A stretch of DNA of 60,025 nucleotides, filler included, from Jimgerdemannia flammicorona (Eukaryota), in the NCBI GenBank assembly GCA_003990765.1. It is 2 parts of 2 records of this genome, joined end to end, with 100 filler letters (N's around TTAATTAATTAA, not from the genome) between each part and the next. Parts side by side here need not be neighbours in the genome. Positions count along the whole stretch, not along the records: positions 30,065 to 60,025 come from RBNJ01000461.1; 1 more part is not named here. One strand, written 5' to 3'. Shown here in pieces: positions 36,369-48,738 of this stretch; within the stretch, counting starts at the first letter, position 1, and the number at the start of each line of letters is the position of its first letter. The translations under genes and the position numbers were made by a program. A model generated the notes under the pieces. The model made no database searches, was not told the origin of the DNA, and saw nothing but the letters and a program-made list of their open reading frames with translations.

Positions 36369-37228
36369 TTCATATAAAGCAAGGACCTGATTCTGATCTT
36401 AATTAATTAGTTGATAGTTTAAACTCCTCTAGCTTCAAAAGTCTCATGGATGAGTAGTTGCTGGTGCTATATCCTTTAGAAAATGGTTCAGACAGATTAC
36501 CTACTGATTAGAGGTCAAGCTGTTATGATTCATAGACTAGAATCTCATGGATAGTCATTATATTTTGCTTCTCTTATATAGGTTCATAGTGCTTCTTGAG
36601 TCTGTTCCTGTATACTATAGTAGACAGTATAGTCTCTGAGAGTTTTCTAAGCCAGAAGGTAGTTCTCTTAATATCTTGTATATAGAAGAGTCCTTCTCAT
36701 TTGGGCTTCAGGTTTCACAACTATAAGGCTTCTATTATATTTCAATACAGTAGGACCTTTTCTCTAATTTGGATAGATTCTAGGGTTTTGTGTATTCTTT
36801 CTTATCAGTATTTGTAACTTGATGATATAATCTTTAGCTTTCTTTCTGATTTAGTATAGTTTCTAGATTTCTGAGTCAATCTATCTCTAAGTTAGGTCTA
36901 GATTTATAGCTGAGATATCATCAGAATCTTCTTCTCTGAAGAGTAGTTCTCTTAGGATAAAGTGTATACTCTATGACTATATATCTCATAGGACAGAGAG
37001 AGTAGTTGGGAGATAGTTATTCCAATTGTCATATGTGTCTGAGATCTTTACCCAGATGTTTTTGAGAGTTTTATTAATTCTCTCTGTCTGTTCATTTTCT
37101 TGAGAGTGATATATGGTGGTCTTGATATACTGAATCTTATATTTCTGATATATTATCTTGTAGAATCCATTGAAAAATTCTGTGCTATAGTCTGTAGTGA
37201 TTTGTCTTAGTGTCTTATAGTAGCAGAT
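36369..37228 (-). mobile_element. Family-A-like integrase/3' fragment, inverted; flanked by a poly(A) run (36349-36368) and a B LTR
   Basis: Reverse complement aligns with 44745-44889 plus 46323-47050 and has no LTR at the CAGAC site. Confidence 0.85.
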
Positions 37229-38184
37229 TATAAGAGGGTTACTTATTAGAGTAACTGTTACATAGTTCTGGAAGAGTTTTCTAGAAGTTCTGAATATTCT
37301 GAAAGATCATTTTCTTAAGATTAAGATCAATTTCATATAGAGTACATCTTCTATACTTATTGATTTCAAAATTAGATTAATGTCTCAACCAAAGTCCTTT
37401 TTCAGACTAGTTCTAGAGATTCAGGATTTTCCATATTTCAGGAAGTTTAAGAAACTAAGGTCAGCTTAGTTGAATTGGCATATTGCTGCAGACAATACCC
37501 AATTAGGAAATTTTATAATAGGGTTAGGAGTGAGATCTGACAGAGAGCAGATTTACTTAAAAGTGGTTTGTGGGTTATTAAATAGGTTTATTTGCTATTT
37601 ATGATATTGCTATACTAGGAGTAGTTGTATAAAGGGATATTGTGGAGAAGTGTTCAGAATTGTTCTTGTCTCTTTAAGTCTGAGATTCTGAGATCTAGGG
37701 AGGGAGTATTTATACTAGTGAGGGGCTATCTGGACTATGCTGAATATGGATGTAGCACTTAGTGCCTTGCTGAGTATGTTCAGGACATTCTATCAGATCT
37801 CTATAAAGTAGAGAGATGCTAGGCTATAGATATTCATGAGGGGTAGGAGAGGTATGGCTTGGTTGATAATGGTATTTCAAATGTCAGTACAAATATAGTT
37901 ATAGATCTCAGTGGTCATATTTATATATATATTCAAGAGTTGTAGTTGTTTGTTTAGTTTGTTGTGGTTCTTCATTTCAATATATAGAGTTTTCAATATA
38001 TATATTTTTGGTCCTAATTGGTAAGATTCTGTTTATATAGATCTTATATTCTGTGACTTCAAGTTGACTTAGCTTTGTAATCTATAACTTTAGTTTGACT
38101 TAGTTTCATGATCTTACATGTGATTTTCAGATTTATTCTAAGAGTGATATGTAATTTTAGTGGCTTGGAGATTATATACTTACA
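37229..38184 (-). repeat. Family B 3' LTR, internally deleted (956 bp), with adjacent PPT
   Basis: TATAAG...CTTACA ends; polypurine tract on the - strand at ~38185-38200. Confidence 0.88.
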
Positions 38185-38784
38185 ACTCTTCTCTTCTTAG
38201 CTTTTGATATCCTCATTGAGGTCTTCATTTTTGATCTAGTATTATTATACCATTTGGATGATCAAAAGTCTGATAATATCTTTTTTTCTCAGAAAGTAGC
38301 ATGCTTATAGTATAGTTATCTAATGTGTTGAATTTATATATTAAAGGGTCATATGTTCAATATCATATATCAGAAGTAATTCTGATATCATTTACTACTA
38401 GAGAATTTCCTTTAAGGAATCTTCTTAAATATCTATGTCTCATTTCTCACTAGTGGTATGGAAAGAATAGGCTGGCTTTCAGTTTTGCTATTTTTCTAAA
38501 GGATCATATTCTTTTATCTTGACTTACCAAGTTCTTGATTATTGTAACAGTGACTCCAGAATGATGACATCAGCACAGGAGACAGCCTTTCCTTACAAGC
38601 CACCAGATCAGAACACAAGAAGATCATATGGTATACAAGATGAGCAATGATGACCAACTGTGAGTCATTGTGACCACAGTATAAGCATCCTGAAGAATAT
38701 AAAAGAAGGATCAAGGAACTGCAGTAGCAGCAACCAACAAGAACCACCAATCCCAAATTAGCTCAAAGACTTACCATAAATAAA

Positions 38785-39600
38785 ATACCTACTGCCTGCT
38801 AAACCTCAAGGTCAAGAAACCACCAAAGTATCTCAGTTGAAGAAAGGATGTTCCAAGACATCAGAAGAGCCATGAGGACCTGCTCAAGAAGGACTCCTAG
38901 TGTCAACCTGGGTACTGCAGACCCCTATCACTTTATCCTCTACCACTATGAAATGGAAACAAGGATCACCATTGCTACTGAATGCCTCCAAATATAGCAG
39001 GAGTATGAAATAGGAAACCTCCTCTGCTAGGAGTTCCCACAGACCAGCCCTCAAGAGCTACAAGATGCCACTCTCATGGACATTTGTGAGACAAGAATGG
39101 TCAAGAAGATCCATCAGATCTTCAGGCATGCACTATGGTCAATCCCCAACTTGGAGTATATTAGAGTCTCAGACTTCAAAGACCTGTCATCCCACCATAT
39201 CAATGCACTAGAAGCCAGGGTGGCCACAGAAGCTCAGTCCACTATCACCCTCAACAATGATGAAGTAAAAGACTTCTGGCATCTCATCCTTCAGGATAAC
39301 CCACACCAATTCCTGCAAGGATTGATCGCAGTATTCCAAGGCCCAAGCATCTAGGTTAGACCTCCCCAAGACCCCACATTTGTCCCTTATTTTGTAGAAG
39401 AGAACCTCATAGACTGGAGAGCCCCAGACCTCCTCCCCACTGCCAAACATGATGATGTCATTGGCAATGATGTCATCCTATGCAACATCAAAGTACACAA
39501 AATGTGCAACCTACATAATGAATTCATGGATCTCATCTCCTTCAGTGATGATGATGATAATGATGATAAAGTCCCCATAGTCCTGAACTTTCTACTCTAA
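38785..39600 (+). pseudogene. ORF embedded in family A 5' LTR (start mutated to ATA)
   Basis: Colinear with 47452-48261; TATAAAA at ~38698. Confidence 0.8.
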
Positions 39601-42600
39601 GTTCTTTGTTATACTAAATAATGCCAGCACTGGTATTCTGATGTAACACTGGATAATATCAGCACTGATATTCTGAGGTGATGCAAAATTGTTCCAGCAC
39701 TGGTATTCTGATGTAATACTAAATTATACCAGCATCCTGAACCTGTACAACCATCAGTACCGACCCTGGAACTTAGTAGTTTTAGTTATTGAAATTTATA
39801 TTTAGCTTTATATCTTAGCAACCATTGAATTATATTTTGTATAAATACTCCTCTTATTTCCTCTGAAATAAAGTCAGTTCCAGTTTCACTTACACACACT
39901 TCCTTACAAGTAATCTAAGAGATAATAAGACAGTTAAAGATAAGAAGTTTGAGGACTATAAGATCTTGGGAAGGCACTCCAATAAGAACTTGCTTATAAC
40001 AAACTTGAGTTAGTCTAAGAGATATATCTTGAAGAAAATCTGGCATATTTGAAGGACTTAGCAACTACTATGTGACAACTTGGTGCCCATTGGCTGGTGA
40101 TTCAAGATAAATCCCTCACTTTCAAGCTGAAAAACAAACAACCCCCACAACAACTACCCTGACTACAAGAGTCGCTCCTGCAAGAATTCAAAACAAGATG
40201 GAAATGTGTTCTCCTACATTCTATGAATATACTACTGAAGAGTCAATCCTGACCTTCATTGAAGACTTTGAACAATTTGCCACCATACAAGCCCTTGGTG
40301 TGGATACTCAATTGGCCCTTCTACCAGTCAGCCTCAGAGGACCTGCCAGAGACAAGTTCAATGCAGCCACTATTACTAATACTAGTGCAGCCAAACTTGC
40401 CAACATGAAGACCTTTCTCAGAATAATATATTATACCAAAGAGATCAAGCAAGCTCTCAAGAATCAACTCAATACTATCTGTCAGAGACTTAGTGAAGAT
40501 CCCAACTCATTCTATACCCAAATCTGCCACTAGATTGTCTTGGTTGGCTATGATGACCACCTCAAGGAACAAATAGCAGATTTAACTTTCCTTAAAGAAG
40601 TTCACTCTGAAATTGCCCTAGCAATCTGGTCTACCCTAGCTGCACTGACTCTTGATCAGAAAGTGGTCTTTGCACAGAGATATTGGACTACCAGATACCC
40701 TGCCAAATACTCAATAGAGAAAATAACTGGAATCAAGATAGAGCCATCAAAGCCAACTAGTATCTTACCCGCCACAGTTGTAAACAGACAACCAACCCCA
40801 CTTACCCCCAAGACAGCCAAAGCTGAACCAGTGGAAGAACTCACCAAGCAGTTTGCTGAGATGACTGCACACCTTGGTGATGTTGTTAGAGAAGTCTGAA
40901 GTGCCAACAGGAGACCAGTGCAGAGATTTGCAGCTGCTACAGAAGAATACAATATTACATGCTTCAGATGTGGAGAAGAAGGCCACTATGTAAAGAATTG
41001 CTTGACCAAAACAAGACACAAAGCCCAACCAAGCAATGCTAGCAGAACTAGAGAAAAAATCAATGCAGTAGTCATCGAGGAGATTGGTGACACTGATGAT
41101 GAAGAATACTATGAGGAGCTTGAATTCTACCCTGCTACTGAAGGTACCAGAACCTGGTCCAAGCCCTATGACAAGAAGAGCAACAGCAAGCCAGTTAGAA
41201 GACCAAAGAAGACTCCAGCCATCACTATTCAAAGCAAGACCCAACCTGAGGAGATTGATCAAGACATAGAGTTAGATGAAGCTGCCTGCTAAATTATTGA
41301 AGACACTACTCCAGTCTCAGGAGAAAGTAAAAGCAAGAAGGAACAGAAGCTGCACAAAACCAAGATCCATCAGTATGATATCTACAAGGACCTCAAGGAA
41401 CAGAAGATCAATGCTACCTTTGGACAACTAGCTGAAGTCCCTGCCTTCAGATAGCAGTTGAGAGTAGGACTTGCAACTATTACTAAGAATCAAAAGTACA
41501 AGATTGTAGAAGCTCATAATGCAGGAAGAATCTGAGAACTCAGGTAAAGAATCCAAAGACTAGCGCAAGACATCAGCCTATACTCCATGTCAGATTGAAG
41601 ACTGTATCTTTGATTCCATCATTGATACTGGTACTGGAGGATACCTCATAAGCAAGAAGGCAATTGACTGCCTAGGCTGGGACATTGAAGAGTCTACCAA
41701 GATGGTCTATATCACAGCAGATGGTATACGAGCTACTCCTCTTAGCAAAATCTGAGAAGTCCCCATCAAGATAGGAGGAGCTATATACCATCCCAGTAGA
41801 CATAATTGTTATAAGCACCACCAACTATGACATCCTCATTAGCAACCAATGGCTTCATAAGGCCAAGGCCATCATTGACCTCAATGTCCAGAAGATGCAG
41901 ATCAACTACAGAGGAAGAAAGGTACAAGTTTCTATCAATGTTCATAAAGGAGTCCTATCAGACATGGAGAAAGGAGATGAAGAAGATACAGGTCTTCATG
42001 CACTTAGTGAATAAGAACAAGAACAAGACACCCAAGCTCACAGATGAGCAGTGGTACAACAAGATCATTGATGGCTATGCCCCTCAAGAAAGATGCCCCC
42101 ATAGTACTAGGATGTACTGCTCTGAACACCTGAATGACTGCTGGTCTTATATCAGTGAAATCAGGAAAATCCATCAATAGAAACATGAGCAAGAAGCTGC
42201 TGAAGCAAAAAGGAAAGCTGAAGAAGATGACCAGCCCCCAGAGCTCCAAGCTGACAGCAATGATGAGGAGGAACAAGAATCAGACATCACCCTCAAGGTC
42301 AAGAAGTTTCACCCTGAAGCCAAGATCCCAGAATATAAGACTGAAGGAGCCATAGGAATGGACCTTGCCAGCATTCAAGATGCTACCCTCAAACCACAGA
42401 CCACTACCCTACTTGGTACTGAAATTGGAGTCAAGCTGCCAGAGAACTATGCCAGAATTATCAAGACCAGGAGCAGTCTGGCCAAAAGCGAAATCTCAGT
42501 TAAAGGAGGAGTAATTGACCCTGATTACACTAGTGAGATCTTCCTCATAGTCAGAAATCACAACCACACCACCCCCTTCAAAGTCAAGAAGCATGACAGG

Positions 42601-44889
42601 ATTGGCCAGATGCTGATCCATGAAATCAAGAAGCCCAAGATCATTGAAGCCATCAAACTCATCAAGACCAAGAGAGAAGAACAAGGCTTTGGATCTACTG
42701 GAAGAGAAGTCTATGCTACCACCAAGATTACTAAACTCAAGCATAAGAAAGACAAGGACCAGAACAAGCATACATATACCATTGGAGAAAACTTTCTCCT
42801 GGAGGAAAAACTTCTCAAGATCCTGCACCAGAATGAAGGAGTACTTGCTATAGACTTTAAGAATATCCACAATCAAGAACCCAAGTACTATTATGAAGTT
42901 GACACTGGTGATACCAAGCCCATCTACCAGAAAGCCAGACCTATATCACCTGCCTACAGAGAGTGGCTGTGAGCAGAACTCAAGGAAATGGAAGAAGCTG
43001 GAATCATCAAGCAATCTATCAGCCCCTGGGCTTCACCCATTGTCCTTGCCCCGAAAAAAGGAAGCAAACCTGGAGAATTTGTGCCAAGACTCTGTATTGA
43101 CTACAGGAAGCTCAATACCATTACCAAGAAGGATAGGCAGCTCTTGCCGAATATTCAAGAGATCCTTACCACCCTTGAAAGTAAAGCCAAATACTACACC
43201 ACCTTGGATCTGTTCTCAGACTTCCATCAGATTGGTCTCACTCAAGATACCAGTGAGAAATCAGCCTTCATCACACCTAATGCCACCTATATCTACCTGT
43301 GAATGCCATTTGGAATGTGCAATGCCCCAGCAAGTTTCTAGCAAATGATGAACAGAGTCTTCAGCAATGAGATTGGAAAATGACTCTTTGTCTATGTTGA
43401 TGATGTGATCATCTTCAGCAACACTGCACAGAAATATGTCAACCACATACAGCTAGCCCTCAAGAAGCTCAAGGAGCATGGCCTCTACATCAAGCCCAAG
43501 AAATACAAGTTTGCAGCTCAGGAAATCGCCTACCTAGGACACCTCATCAACCAGACCGGAATCCATACAGACCCTATAAAGATTGAGGCTGTTGCAGCCT
43601 ATCTGAGACCCAGAACAACTACAGAAGTCCATGTCTTCCTTGGACTGGCCAGCTACTATAGAAGATTCATCAAAGAATCCTCCAATATTACAACACCTAT
43701 CTATGAGCTACTGAAGAAGGAAATCAAATTCGAATGGACCAAGGAGCACTAAGAAACTTTCAATGAACTCAAGACTAGGTTGACCCAAGCACCTATCCTC
43801 AGAAGACCAGACTGGAATCTAGAATTCATCCTGCAGACAGATGCAAGTGCTATAGGACTTGGAGCAGTCCTAGCTCAGAAGAAAGATATATATGAATATA
43901 TCATCTCTTATGTAAGCTGAGGTATCTGTAGAGCAGAACAGAACTACAAGTCATGCAAGCTCGAATGCTTAGCAGTAGTTTGGACAGTAGACAAGTTCCA
44001 CTACTACCTAGCTGAGAAACACTTCACCATTCAAACAGACCACTCTGCTCTCACCTGGCTATTCCACACTCTGAACTCTAAAGGAATATATGTCAGATAG
44101 ATCTACAGACTGCAAGAGTATGACTATACTATTAAGCACTGCTCAGGAAAGACCAATACTAATGCTGATGCACTCTCAAGGACACCCCAAAACACCCCCA
44201 TCAAGACTATTCAACATGAATAAGGAGCTATACTATGGATTAATCAGCTATCTTGGGCAGCGGAAGATGCCCAACCACCTCAAACCTTGGACTATCAATA
44301 TCATCAGCTGGACTTGGAAACAGTTTGAACTAGATAACACTATACTCAGAAAAGGAGGAAAGCTAGTAATATCCAAACACAAGAAGTATCAAATAATGAA
44401 GGAAGTACATGAGCAAGGACACTTAGGAGGAACCAACACATATGACAAAGCAAGAAGAACTATATGGTGGTCTAAGATGGAAGAAGACCTGTGCCAATTT
44501 GTCAAAGGGTATGACAAGTGCCAAAAACAGAAATAAGATCAGTAAGACCAAGTACCCAGATCATCAAGAATTGAGTCTATCCCCTTTCATCACATTGCAA
44601 TAGATATCATTAGACCACTACCAGTAATACTATCAAGAAATCACTATATTATAGTTATTATAGACCTCTTCACCAAATGGATAGAGGTAGGAGCATTACA
44701 AGAAGTCAATGCCCTCTCTATAGCTAACTTCCTGTACTGAGAAATCATCTGCTGCTACAAGACACCAAAGCAAATCACAACAGACTAAGGCACAGAATTT
44801 GTCAATGGATTCCATGAGATAATATATCAGAAATACAAGATCTAGCACATCAAGACCACTGCATACCACCCTCAAGGAAATGGACAGAC

Positions 44890-46317
44890 TGTAAGAGGGT
44901 TGCTTTTTAGGGTAACCGTTACATAGTTCTGGAAGGGTTTTCTGGAAGTTCTGGATATTCTGGAAGACTGTTTTCTTATGGTCAAGATCAATTTCATATG
45001 GAGTACATCCTCTACGCTTATTGATTTCAAGATTGGGTTGATGTCTCAACCAAAGTCCTTTTTTGGACTAGTTCTGAATGTTCAGGATTTTCCGTATTTC
45101 AGGAAGTTCAAGAAACTAAGACCAGCTTAGTTGAATTGGCATATCGCTACAGACAATACCCAATTTGGAAATTTCGTGATGGGGTTAGGAGTAGGACCTA
45201 ACAAGGAGCGGATTTACTTAAGAGTAGTTTGTGGATTATGGAATAGGTTTATTTGCTATTTATGATATTGCTATACTAGGAGTATTTGTGTGAAGGGGTA
45301 TTGTGGGGAAGTGCTCAGGAGTTGTGTTCGGATTGTTCGAGTCTGAGATTCTGAGGTCTGGGGGAGGGGGTATTTATACTAGTGAGGGGCTATCTGAACT
45401 AGGCTAGATATGGATGTAGCACTAAGTGCTTTGCTGAGTCGGAATGCAGTCACATAGTACAAGTGTGATCTGATATGTCAAGAGATCGTCTGACTGCTGA
45501 GTCAGTTCACAGTCACATCATATAAGGCTAATCTAACTATATTATGACTGCTAGACTATTTATAGGTTTAGGCACTATCTGGGTAGTTCTCGATGATATC
45601 ACCATCGATTGTATCATCTCTGATGAAGTAGTCGTCTAGGAATAATGGTTTGCGGATTACTTCTCCTTGTTGGCTGAGGTAATAATACATTGGAACTTCA
45701 TCTCCATCCCACAGGATAGTATCATCTGTTTCGTATGCTAGATAAGGTGTTGGTGGGCGAAGAGCTTCTGGTGTTGAGACATCTGGGTAATGTCTGTATC
45801 ATGGTGGTGTTCGACCATGTCTTCCAGGAGGCAGCCGATCTGGTAGTAGCTTGAGATTTGTCCGATTCGGTGGGCCTCACTAAGCATGTTCAGGGTGTTC
45901 CATCGGGCTTCCACGAAGTAGAGGGGTGCCAGGCTATGGATATTTATGAGGGGCAGAGGGGGTGTGGCTCAGTTGACAATGGCATTCCAAATGTCAGCGC
46001 GGATGCGGTTGTAGATCTCAGTGGTCATGTTTGTGTGTTTGGAAGTTGTGGTTGTTGTTTGTTTTGGTTCTCTGATTCGACACGTCTCGGTGCTCAGTAT
46101 ATATGCATTTGGTCCTGATTGGTAAGATTCCGTTTGTGTAGATCTTGTGTTCCGTGACTTTGTATTGACTCAGCTTTGTGTGCTGTGACTTCGGTTTGAC
46201 TCAGCTTCATGATCAAGCAGGTGATTTCCAGATTTGTTCGGAGGTCGCATGTGATTTCAGTGGCTTTGTTCAGAGGGTGACATGTAATTTCGGTGGCTTG
46301 GGGGTTGTGCGCTTACA
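44890..46317 (-). mobile_element. Family B solo LTR (1428 bp, ~634-bp internal deletion) inserted in family A integrase
   Basis: TGTAAG...CTTACA; 5-bp TSD CAGAC (44885-44889 / 46318-46322); integrase GNGQT|ERTNK is restored on removal. Confidence 0.97.
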
Positions 46318-47451
46318 CAGACAGAGAGAACCAACAAGACCCTCAAGAACATCCTAGCAAAGATCTCAGAGATATATGAGAATTGGGATAACTACCTCCC
46401 AACTGCCCTCTCTGTCCTATGAGATATACAGTCACAGAGCACACACTTTATTCCAAGAGAGCTACTCTTTGGAGAAGAAGATTCTGATAGAACATCAGCC
46501 ACAAATCTAGACCTAACTTAGAGATGGGTTGATGTAGAAATCCAGAGACTATACTAAATCAGGAAGAAGGCTGAAGATTACATCATCAAGTCATAAGTAC
46601 TGACAAGGAAGAATGCAGAAAAGAATCATAAGGCCCTAGAACCCATCCAAATCAGAGAAAAGGTTCTACTGTATCGAAATATGGTAGAAGCCTCATGGTC
46701 ATGAAAACTGGAGCCCAAATGGGAAGGACTCTTCTATATGCAAGATATCAAGGGAACTACCTTCTGGCTTAGAAAAATCTCAGGGACCATACTGCCTACC
46801 ACGGTATATAGGAACAGACTCAAGAAGTACTATGAACCTATATAAGAGAAGCAAAACATGATGACTGCCCATGAGGTTCTAGTCTGCAAATCATAACAGT
46901 ATATCCCGTGACCAGCAGGCTATCTGTCTGGACCATTCTCTAAGAGATACAGTACTGGTAACTACTTATCTATGAGACTTTTGAAGTTAGAGGAGTTCGA
47001 ACTATCAACTGATTGGTCAAGATCAGAATCAGGCCCTTGCTCTATATGAAGGGAGCAACCCTTCACCATTATGCCAAAATACAAAGGGAAGATGCCAGCC
47101 AATAAATACCACTTTTCGACCCCTTGCCAGAGGTTATAGGATCAGCAAATTTCTCAGGACTGGACCAATGAATAAGGATGCTTAGAAAGATCCTTATTTA
47201 GGAGGAAGATGTAATGGTGACTCCAGAATGATGACATTAGCACAGGAGACAGCCTTTCCTTACAAGCTACTAGATTGGAACACAAGAAGATTATATGGCA
47301 TATGAGATGAGCAATAATGACCAACCATAAGTCATTATGACTACAATACAAGCATCCTGAAGAATATAAAAGAAGGATCAAGAAACTGCAGTAGCAGCAA
47401 CCAACAAGAATCACCAATCCCAAATTAGCTCAAAGACTTACCACAAATGAA

Positions 47452-48261
47452 ATGCCTGCTGCCCACCAAACCTCAAGGTCAAGGAACCACCAAGGTATTT
47501 CAGTCAAAGAAAGAATGTTCCAAGACATCAGAAGAGCCATGAGGACCCACTCAAAAAGGACTCCTAGTGTCAACCTGAGTACTGCAGACCCCTATCACTT
47601 TATCCTCTACTACTGTGAAATGGAAACAAGGATCACCATTGCTATCGAATGCCTCTAAATATGGCAGGAGTACAAAATAGGAAACCTCCTCTGCCAGGAG
47701 TTTCTATAGGCCAGCCCTTAAGAGCTACAAGATGTCACTCCCATGAATATATATGAGACAAGAATGGCCAAGAAGATCTATCAGATCTTCAGGCATATAC
47801 CATGGTTGATCTCCAACTTGGAGTATATTAGAGTCTCAGACTTCAGAAATCTGTCATCCTGCTGTATCATTGTACTAGAAGCCAGGGTGGCTACAGAAGC
47901 TCAGTCCACAATCACCCTCAATAGTGATGAAGTAGAAGACTTCTGGCATCCCATCCTTCAGGATAATCCAGACCAATTCCTGCAAAGATTGATCTCAGTA
48001 TTCCAAGGCCCAAGCATCCAGGTTAGACCTCCCCAAGACCCCACATTTGTTCCTTATTTTGTAGAAGAGAACCTCATAGACTGGAGAGCCCTAGACCTCC
48101 TCTCCACCACTGAACATGATGACATCATTGGCAATGACATCATCCCATGCAATATCAAAGTATGTGAAATGTATGACCTATATGATGAATTTACAGATCT
48201 CATCTCCTTCAGTGATGATAATGATGATGAAGCCCCCATAGTCCTGAACTTTCTGCTCTAA
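47452..48261 (+). pseudogene. ORF embedded in family A 3' LTR (270 codons, 3 in-frame stops)
   Basis: ORFs 47452-47658 and 47743-48261 are in the same frame; the stops correspond to CAA/CAG in the other LTR; TATAAAA ~85 bp upstream. Confidence 0.85.
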
Positions 48262-48738
48262 GTTCTTTGTTACACTAAATAATGCCAGCACTGGTATTCT
48301 GATGTAACACTGGATAATACCAGCACTGGCATTCTGAGGTGACATGAAATTGTTCCAGCACCAGTATTCTGATGTGATACTAAATTATACCAGTATCCTG
48401 AACTTGAACAACCATCAGTGCTGACCCTGGAACTTAGTAGTTTTAGTTATTGAAATTTATATTTAGCTTTATATCTTAGCAACTATTGAATTATATTTTG
48501 TATAAATATCCCTCTTATTTCTTCTGAAATAAAGTCAGTTCTGGTTTCACTTACATATACTTCCTTGCAAGCAATCTAAGAGATAACAAGATAGTTAAAG
48601 ATAAGAAGTTTGAGGACTATAAGACCTTGGGAAGACACTCCAATAAGAACTTGCTTATAACAAACTTAAGTTAGTCTAAGAGATACACCTTGAAGAGAAT
48701 CTGGCATATTTGAAGGACTCAGTGACCACTATGTAACA

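Larger units (their letters stand above)
38543..48738 (+). mobile_element. Family A Ty3/gypsy element, full length but inactivated: LTR-PBS-gag-CCHC-PR-CPH-dUTPase-RT-RH-IN-PPT-LTR
   Basis: LTRs 38543-40077 and 47210-48738; TTAT 4-bp TSD; PBS TGGTGCCCATT at 40081; CFRCGEEGHYVKNC; IIDTG; RSSLAK..GGVIDPDY..GFGSTG; SPWASP/RLCIDYRKLN; YVDD at 43393; LQTDAS; YHPQGNGQTER; PPT GGAGGAAGA. Confidence 0.97.
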
